Source: Akkermansia sp. (lineage in GTDB: Bacteria; Verrucomicrobiota; Verrucomicrobiia; Limisphaerales; SIBH01). Taken from it: a stretch of 64,000 nucleotides of DNA. The stretch's first letter is position 1. Each line of letters starts with the position of its first letter. Below are positions 52,824 through 59,641 of the stretch, piece after piece. Both the position numbers and the translations under genes were made by a program. Location: contig JAYVQC010000097.1 in NCBI GenBank assembly GCA_043757045.1, positions 365 through 64,364 on the forward strand, in the 5' to 3' direction. Below the pieces are notes generated by a model. It worked only from the letters and a program-made list of their open reading frames with translations, did not search any database and was not told the DNA's origin.

Positions 52824-54167
52824 TCATCGCAACGCCCCGGGGTCGAGGCTCATCAACGAACAACCGCGCGGTTCAGCTTGCGTCGCGCGGCCGAGCAGCT
52901 CGAAGCCATCGCCTCGTTTCACGGTGAGGTCTTCCGTTTGAATCGCCAGCACGCTGCGGACATTCGCCAGATCGAAAAGGCGAAGCAACCCGGTTTCGCC
53001 CTCGGCGACCTCTAGGCCTGTTTCCGGTGAGATGACTCGCGCGCGACACCAAGGCGGGAAGTGGAAGGCGCGGGGACAGGGAGACAAGGTGACTTGGGGA
53101 CTGACGCTGGCCTGACCTTGGGCCTTGGACCTTGGACCTTGGACTTCCCCCGCCACTCTGTCGTACGCCTGCGAACTGAGTTCGCTCATGCCGTATTCGG
53201 TCACGATGTTTTCCGGCGCGATGCCGAGGTGCTTGGTGATGAGCGCGTGGAGTTCGGCCTTCGGCACTTCGCGCGACTGGCCTTTGTAGCCGCCGGTTTC
53301 CAAGACGCGTGAGCCGCGTGCGAGTTTGTAGCGCATGTTGTTTACGGCGAAGTGATCGAGCAGGTGAACGAAGTTGAACGCGGTGCCGAGCAGCATCAGC
53401 GGACGATTCGCGCACATGGATTTGCGGATGGCGAAGAGCGCGGAGTTGAGGTCGAGCGTCCATGCGCCGCCGGCACTCGCAGTAGTGGGACTGGCGCCCT
53501 CGCCAGTCGCCAGTCCGGCCAGCGCCCCCGCGGGCCGAACACCAAGCGGTGGCGCTTGGTGGACTATGACAGGCGGGGGCGCCTGTCCCACTACCACTAG
53601 CCCGGCGAACAGGGAATCACGCGCGCCGAATTCGCGGCGCACGGTGTCGAACATGTGGACGAGCGAGGAGTTCGGCGCGGCGGCGGGCGGAGGTGTGAGT
53701 GCGAGCATCGGCAGCTTGTCGAGCGGGCCGAGGAGTTGCTCGTCCATGAGATCGTTCAAGTCGGCAAGCAGATGACGCTCAAACCACGGGAGCAAGGAAG
53801 CCTCGTAAATCGCCAGCGACTCCGCCGAATGAAAATGCCGGCTGCGTCGCTGCTCGGTGGTGCCGCTGGAGAAGAAGCACGCCGTGCGCTCGTCCGGCGC
53901 GAGGCTGGTGAGTTCGAGTTCCTTGAATGCGCTCGTCGGCACGGCGGGGATTTCCTCCCAGCGCGAAATGTCCGCCGCGCTTTTCACGCCGCGAAATTCA
54001 CAGAGCCGTCGGTAAGGCGTGTTGTGCGTGAACTGAAGTTGGAAGAGTGCGAGGGCCAGTTCGTTGAAGGCGGCATCTGGCTGCGGGCAACCAGACGCAC
54101 TGAACGCACGCAGGCGCGCGGCGTAATCAGCGAAAGTCAGTTCGTTTGTCATGCGGTTTTGTTTCAA
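52824..54167 (-). CDS. LuxE-like acyl-protein synthetase (adenylate-forming) family protein
   Basis: FFSSGTT(E)QRRSRHFH and ETGGYKGQSRE motifs resemble LuxE (SSGTTG / TGGxK). 447 aa including two repeat-derived inserts. Confidence 0.7.
   Translation of the reverse strand: MKQNRMTNELTFADYAARLRAFSASGCPQPDAAFNELALALFQLQFTHNTPYRRLCEFRGVKSAADISRWEEIPAVPTSAFKELELTSLAPDERTACFFSSGTTEQRRSRHFHSAESLAIYEASLLPWFERHLLADLNDLMDEQLLGPLDKLPMLALTPPPAAAPNSSLVHMFDTVRREFGARDSLFAGLVVVGQAPPPVIVHQAPPLGVRPAGALAGLATGEGASPTTASAGGAWTLDLNSALFAIRKSMCANRPLMLLGTAFNFVHLLDHFAVNNMRYKLARGSRVLETGGYKGQSREVPKAELHALITKHLGIAPENIVTEYGMSELSSQAYDRVAGEVQGPRSKAQGQASVSPQVTLSPCPRAFHFPPWCRARVISPETGLEVAEGETGLLRLFDLANVRSVLAIQTEDLTVKRGDGFELLGRATQAEPRGCSLMSLDPGALR
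53112..53146. repeat. GGACCTT heptamer repeat inside the LuxE-like gene
   Basis: ctgaccttgggccttggaccttggaccttggacttc. It encodes ..VQGPRSKAQGQ.. Confidence 0.8.
53481..53594. repeat. About 114-bp structured element, copy inside the LuxE-like ORF
   Basis: agtagtgggactggcgccctcgccagtcgccagtcc...gcctgtcccactac. Same family and orientation as 15071-15183. Confidence 0.75.
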
Positions 54168-54250
54168 GCTCCGGCTGGTTTTCCGCGACAGCCGGACGCG
54201 CGGACTGTGCGGGATGGGGCACGGATTGGCAACCGGTGGATTGTCTTGGA

Positions 54251-54349
54251 GCGCGGCCTTCAGGCCGCTTCAGCGCGCGAGGGGCGGCGGTCTTGAAAAA
54301 CCCTCACGCCTCGAAACCTGTGAATGTTGAAGCGGCGTGAACGCCGCGG
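54251..54349. repeat. About 100-bp intergenic element with terminal inverted repeats (family shared with 48411-48510)
   Basis: gcgcggccttcaggccgcttcag ... tgttgaagcggcgtgaacgccgcgg. Confidence 0.75.
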
Positions 54350-54412
54350 TCCGGTGAGCTCCGTGGAACTGCCCGTTGCCAATCTTCGTCCCGCTCTCTA
54401 CGCTCGCGCCGC

Positions 54413-55228
54413 ATGAAGCCATCCGAACTCAAACGTGCTCTCGACGTGGCCGTGAAATCCGCCCGAGCCGCCGGCGCGTTGATGCAGCAGAATTTCCACC
54501 TCCCCAAAAAGGCCAACGAGATCGCGCAGTTCGACATCAAGCTGGAGCTGGACGTGAAGTGCCAGCAGCTCATCGAGAAAAAACTTGCCGCCGCATTCCC
54601 GAAAATTTCCGTGCTCGGCGAGGAGGGCAACAGCGGCGACGCCACCACGCCGCTGCGCTGGGTGCTTGATCCGATTGATGGCACGGTGAACTACGCCTAC
54701 GGCATTCCGCATGCGTGCGTGTCCATCGCGCTACAGGAGAAATCCGCCAAGGTTCATCGCCGCCATTCCCTCACGCCCGATGGCTACGCCACGCTGCTCG
54801 GCGTCGTGTACGATCCATTCACCGACGAGCTGTGGACGGCGACGCAGGGCGGCAAGGCGTTCTTGAACGGCAAAATCATTTCCGTGAGCCAGCGCGCGAC
54901 GCTCGGTGAATCCATCGTGGCGATGGGGTTCTCGAAACGTCAGGACGCGATGACGGAACTGCTTCCGGTGCTGAACCGCCTCATCCATCGCGTGCGCAAG
55001 ATTCGCATGATGGGCGCGGCGGCGCTCTCGCTCGTGTATGTCGCGAGCGGACGGCACGACGCGTATCTCGAATACGGTGTGCGTCTCTGGGACATCGCGG
55101 CGGGCGGCTTGATCGTGGAATGCGCGGGCGGGGAATTTTTTCATCAGGCGCTGCCGGGGGAAAATCACGCCTACCGGCTGGTCGTGAACAACGGTTTGCT
55201 TCGGAAGCATCTCAAGGCGTTGATGTGA
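54413..55228 (+). CDS. Inositol monophosphatase family protein
   Basis: ..GEEG.., WVLDPIDGTVNYAYGIPH and WDIAAGGLIVECAGG motifs. Confidence 0.9.
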   Translation: MKPSELKRALDVAVKSARAAGALMQQNFHLPKKANEIAQFDIKLELDVKCQQLIEKKLAAAFPKISVLGEEGNSGDATTPLRWVLDPIDGTVNYAYGIPHACVSIALQEKSAKVHRRHSLTPDGYATLLGVVYDPFTDELWTATQGGKAFLNGKIISVSQRATLGESIVAMGFSKRQDAMTELLPVLNRLIHRVRKIRMMGAAALSLVYVASGRHDAYLEYGVRLWDIAAGGLIVECAGGEFFHQALPGENHAYRLVVNNGLLRKHLKALM

Positions 55229-55510
55229 GGATTGCCGTCTCAGCGAAGCATTGACGGCTCGCCGGTGAGTGACGCCGAGAGCATTTTGCCAGGAGCAATT
55301 GTCCCACGCCTCCGTTGTTCAAGTTTGTCCAGCCCGCACAGAACTGAACGCGCCACTTTGCTCATCCGATCGGCGGTGCGTTTGCGCCCATGCCTATCCA
55401 GACACCGCCACCGCCCCTTCCTCGCGCTGAAAACGCCCGCTATGAATCCTTTTGATGCGTTCACCCGGAACCAATCAAGCGCACGAAAGGCGTGGCATCG
55501 TCGTTGCTAA

Positions 55511-57325
55511 ATGGGCCGGACGGAAATGAGTTCGACGACTGCTGTTCCTTATGTGCCAACGACCGCGCCTTTCACCGCCCAGCAACGGGCGTGGTTGAAC
55601 GGCTATTTTGCGGGCCTGACTTCCTTCGCCGATACGGCCACCGCTTCGACCGGCCCGGCTCCGGCGGTGGTCGCGAAGAAGCCAGTGTTAATTCTCTACG
55701 GCAGCCAGACCGGCTCGGCGGAAGGGCTGGCAAAAAAACTGGCGAAGGATTCCGCGCCGCACGGTCTCGAAGCGAAAATCTTGGAAGCCAACGCCTGCGG
55801 CCTCGACGTGCTCGCGAATGCGGAGCGCCTGCTGTTCGTGACCAGCACCTGGGGCGAGGGCGACGCGCCGGACAATGCGACCAATCTTCTCGCCGCCCTC
55901 AGCGCGGCAGACGCGCCCAAGCTAGAGAAGCTTTCCTTCTCCGTCCTCGCGCTGGGCGACAAGAACTACTCGGACTTTTGCGGCGCGGGGAAAAAGTTCG
56001 ACGCCGCGTTCGAGAAGCTCGGCGCGAAGCGGATTCATCCGCGTGTGGATTGCGATTTGGATTACGAAGCGGCGGCGAAGGAGTGGAGCGCGGCGGTGCT
56101 GGCGAAGCTTGCGGAAGTTATCAGTGACACAGTCATCAGTAATCAGTCACTCCCGGACGGGGCGGCGACTGCACTGATTACTGACTCACTGATTACTAAA
56201 CTCCGGTCCCGCACCAACCCCTTCCCCGCGCGCCTGCTCGTGAACCGCTCGCTGACCGCCGAAGGCTCGGGCAAGGAAGTGCGTCACTTCGCGATCTCGC
56301 TCGCGGACTCAGGCTTGAGCTACGACGCGGGCGATGCGCTCGGCGTCATTCCCACGAACTGCCCCGCGCTGGTCAGCGACGTTCTCGCCGCGCTCGGGTG
56401 CGATGGCGAAGAAGCGGTGAAGTCGCCGGATGGTTCTGAAACCTCCTTCCGCAATGCGCTGCTGCAGCACTACGGCGTCACGCAGCCGACGAGCGGATTG
56501 CTCGAAGCCATTGCTGAACGCGCCCAGAGCGCGGACCTGAAAAATTTCCTCGCGCCCGCGAATAAGGCTGCTCTTGAGAAGCACCTTCATGGGCGCGAGG
56601 TGATGGATTTCCTCCTCGCGCATCCGATGGCGCGCTTCACGCCGCCGGAGTTTGTCGCGCTGCTCCGCAAGCTCACGCCGCGCCTTTACTCCATCGCGTC
56701 GAGTCCCAAGGCGCATCCTGGCGAGGTCCATCTCTGCGTCGGCATCGTGCGCTACGAAGCGCACGGGCGCAGGCGCAAAGGCGTGTGCTCAACCTTCCTC
56801 GCGGATCGCGTCGAGGGCGAAGTGACGGTGCCGGTCTTCACGCAAGTCGCGCATGGATTCCGGCTGCCCGCGAATGGCGACGTGCCGGTGATCATGGTCG
56901 GTCCCGGCACCGGCATCGCGCCCTTCCGCGCGTTCCTCGAAGAGCGTCAGGCCACCTCGGCGCGCGGACGCAACTGGCTGTTCTTCGGCGACCAGAAGCG
57001 CAGCACCGATTTTCTCTACCGCGACGAATTGGAAACGATGTTCAAAGGCGGCGTGCTGACCAAGCTCGACCTCGCCTTCTCGCGCGATCAGGCGGAAAAG
57101 ATTTACGTGCAGCACCGCATGACCGAGCACGCGAAAGAACTGTGGTCATGGCTGGAGGACGGCGCGCACTTCTACGTCTGCGGCGATGCGAAGCGCATGG
57201 CGAAGGATGTGGATCTCTCGCTGCATGAGCTGATTCAAACCGCTGGCGGCAAAACCAAAGAGCAGGCCGTTGAATACGTCGCCGCGCTCAAGTCCGCGAA
57301 ACGCTACCAACGCGATGTCTATTGA
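55511..57325 (+). CDS. Sulfite reductase flavoprotein (CysJ-like: flavodoxin + FAD/NADPH domains)
   Basis: Flavodoxin motif ILYGSQTGSAEGLAKKLA. FAD-binding RLYSIASSP, NADPH-binding GPGTGIAPFRAF and YVCGDAKRMAKDV. C-terminal ..YQRDVY. Confidence 0.9.
   Translation: MGRTEMSSTTAVPYVPTTAPFTAQQRAWLNGYFAGLTSFADTATASTGPAPAVVAKKPVLILYGSQTGSAEGLAKKLAKDSAPHGLEAKILEANACGLDVLANAERLLFVTSTWGEGDAPDNATNLLAALSAADAPKLEKLSFSVLALGDKNYSDFCGAGKKFDAAFEKLGAKRIHPRVDCDLDYEAAAKEWSAAVLAKLAEVISDTVISNQSLPDGAATALITDSLITKLRSRTNPFPARLLVNRSLTAEGSGKEVRHFAISLADSGLSYDAGDALGVIPTNCPALVSDVLAALGCDGEEAVKSPDGSETSFRNALLQHYGVTQPTSGLLEAIAERAQSADLKNFLAPANKAALEKHLHGREVMDFLLAHPMARFTPPEFVALLRKLTPRLYSIASSPKAHPGEVHLCVGIVRYEAHGRRRKGVCSTFLADRVEGEVTVPVFTQVAHGFRLPANGDVPVIMVGPGTGIAPFRAFLEERQATSARGRNWLFFGDQKRSTDFLYRDELETMFKGGVLTKLDLAFSRDQAEKIYVQHRMTEHAKELWSWLEDGAHFYVCGDAKRMAKDVDLSLHELIQTAGGKTKEQAVEYVAALKSAKRYQRDVY
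56117..56199. repeat. ATCAGT-rich palindromic element, copy inside the CysJ-like ORF
   Basis: gttatcagtgacacagtcatcagtaatcagtcac ... gcactgattactgactcactgattactaa. Confidence 0.75.
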
Positions 57326-59165
57326 AACGCCGTCCCTCTTCGCGACGCTCGCGAAACAAACGATGAGTCCTCCCGCACCACTCGATTCCATCCAGGGAGA
57401 AAAGCTCACGCACGAGCAGAGCGCGTATCTCGACGGCTTTTTCTCCGGCCTGCGCGAGCGCGGACTGACCTTCGGGAACATCGCGCCGAACCCCGTCACG
57501 CAAGCGGCCGCGACGGCCGATTTAATTTTCGAGGAGCGCGTGAAACACGAGTTGCATCCGCTCGACTCCTATCCGCTGCTGCTCGAACACGCAGTCGCGA
57601 ACAAAGCGCCGGACAAGGAGAACATCTACCGCTTCAAGTGGCACGGGCTGTTCTACCTCACGCCGCACAAGGAAGCGTTCATGTGCCGGCTGAAAATTCC
57701 CGGCGGTGTGCTTAAGACGTTTCAACTCCGCGAAGTCGCGAAGGTGTCGCAGGACTTGACCAGCGGCTACGTCCAGATCACCACGCGGGCGAATCTCCAG
57801 TTGCGCCTCATCGAGCCGAGGAACGCGCCGGAATTTCTGCGCCGCATCCAGTCCGTGGGCCTGAGCAGCAAGGGCGCGGGCGCGGACAACATCCGCAACA
57901 TCACCGCGAATCCCACCGCGGGCATCGATCCTTACGAACTGATCGACACGCTGCCGATGTGCCTAGAACTGGCGCAACTGATCAACCACGACCGCGCGCT
58001 GCACGACCTGCCGCGCAAGTTCAACATCGCGCTGGACGGCGGCGGACTCATCGGCACGGTCGAGGACACGAACGACATAGGCTTGAAGGCGGTGAAGATC
58101 GACGCGCCGATCAAGAACGGTGACACGGAAATTCCCGCCGGAGTTTATTTCCGCATGAAGGCGGGTGGCGCGACCGGGCATCAGACTTTCGCCAGCGACA
58201 TGGGCGTGCTGGTGAAGCCGGAGCAGGCGGTGAAAGTGATTCTCGCCGCGACCCGCGTTTACGTCGCAAACGGAAATCGCGGCGACCGCAAGAAGGCGCG
58301 GCTCAAGCACCTGCTCGACCATTGGTCGCTGGAGCAATACCTCGCGGAGATTGAGAAGATGCTTGGCTACAAACTGCTGCGCGCGCCCGCCACAGGGCCG
58401 AACGGAGTGATGGAGTCTGGGAGTGCTGGAGTGCTGAACTCCATCCCTCCATCCCTCCATCCCTCCATCCCTCCCGCCCCGCCCCACTCCCACGTCGGCG
58501 TGTTCGCACAGAAGCAGCGCGGGCTGAACTACCTCGGCGTCATGATTCCCGTCGGGCAGTTCACGCCCAAGCAAATGATTCGCCTCGCTGAGATCGCCGA
58601 CCTTTACGGCTCCGGCGAAGTGCGGCTCACCGTCTGGCAGAATCTCATTATCCCGAACATTCCCGATGCTTATGTCGAGACGGTGAAAAAGGCCGTGAAG
58701 AAGGCGGGCTTCGACTGGAAGCAATCACACCTGCGCAGCGGACTGATCGCCTGCACGGGAAATTCCTACTGCAAGTTCGCCGCTTCCAACACCAAGGCGC
58801 ACGCGCTCGAACTGGCTGATTATCTGGAGAAGAAACTGGAACTCGATCAGCCGCTCAACATCCACCTGACCGGCTGCCCGAATTCCTGCGCGCAGCATTA
58901 CATGGGCGACATCGGGTTGCTCGGCACGAAGGTGAAAGTCTCCGGCGAAACGCTGGAGGGCTATCACGTCACGGTCGGCGGCGGCTTCGGCGATAATCAG
59001 GCGGTGGGCCGGCAGGTCTTCAGCGGCGTGTCCTTCGAGCAGTTGAAGCCGACGCTGGAAAAAATGCTGACGACCTATCTCAAGCGTCGGAGCGCGGGCG
59101 AAACTTTCCAGCAGTTCACCACGCGCCACGATCTGAACGCTTTGCAAATGATCTTCAGCGAGTAG
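57315..59165 (+). CDS. NirA/CysI-type sulfite/nitrite reductase hemoprotein
   Basis: Start trimmed to ATG 57315 (overlaps the CysJ-like stop). Two SiR/NiR repeats. The siroheme/4Fe-4S cysteine cluster is CTGNSYCKFA...TGCPNSCAQH. Confidence 0.9.
   Translation: MSIETPSLFATLAKQTMSPPAPLDSIQGEKLTHEQSAYLDGFFSGLRERGLTFGNIAPNPVTQAAATADLIFEERVKHELHPLDSYPLLLEHAVANKAPDKENIYRFKWHGLFYLTPHKEAFMCRLKIPGGVLKTFQLREVAKVSQDLTSGYVQITTRANLQLRLIEPRNAPEFLRRIQSVGLSSKGAGADNIRNITANPTAGIDPYELIDTLPMCLELAQLINHDRALHDLPRKFNIALDGGGLIGTVEDTNDIGLKAVKIDAPIKNGDTEIPAGVYFRMKAGGATGHQTFASDMGVLVKPEQAVKVILAATRVYVANGNRGDRKKARLKHLLDHWSLEQYLAEIEKMLGYKLLRAPATGPNGVMESGSAGVLNSIPPSLHPSIPPAPPHSHVGVFAQKQRGLNYLGVMIPVGQFTPKQMIRLAEIADLYGSGEVRLTVWQNLIIPNIPDAYVETVKKAVKKAGFDWKQSHLRSGLIACTGNSYCKFAASNTKAHALELADYLEKKLELDQPLNIHLTGCPNSCAQHYMGDIGLLGTKVKVSGETLEGYHVTVGGGFGDNQAVGRQVFSGVSFEQLKPTLEKMLTTYLKRRSAGETFQQFTTRHDLNALQMIFSE
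58438..58473. repeat. Octanucleotide tandem repeat (CTCCATCC x about 4.5) inside the NirA-like gene
   Basis: ctccatcc ctccatcc ctccatcc ctccatcc ctcc. It encodes ..NSIPPSLHPSIPP.. Confidence 0.9.
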
Positions 59166-59641
59166 TGAGCGTGACGGCGGCGTCTCGCCGACGGCACGTT
59201 GCTCACGGCTGCAAATCAAACTTGCCCACCTGTGGCCCGCCCGAGTTCTTCCTTCCAACCTAATTAAAATAAAAACACCGCCGGTAAGACCGACGATGTT
59301 TGCGGGGCGAAAACGTGGGGCGGCTCAGGCCGCCTCTTGGAGTTCCACAACGGAGCATTCGTACGCGGGCGTGGCGCGTTTCGCGGCCAGACCGAGCGCG
59401 ACCATGAGCAACGCCGAGCCGCCGAACCAGACTCCACCGATGATGAACAAGATTGTCATGCGCTCCCCTTCGCATCACTCGTGCCGTGCCCGGCGCCGCA
59501 TGATTCCGCCTTGGCCCGCGCCGTAGTTGTCCACAGATGGTGCATTCGGTGTCCTCGGTGTCTCATCCCCGTACAAATGCGGATTGCTTTCAAAGCCCGG
59601 ATTTCCAAAGCTAAACCGCCTTAAAAAAAGAAACGCAACGC

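Noticed and set aside
59325-59459. 44-aa minus-strand ORF (MTILFIIGGVWFGGSALLMVALGLAAKRATPAYECSVVELQEAA) encoding a single TM helix, between the NirA-like gene and the export locus.
   Set aside because: Below any reliable size threshold, with no recognisable family and no clear ribosome-binding site seen. It could be a real small membrane protein but cannot be supported from sequence alone.
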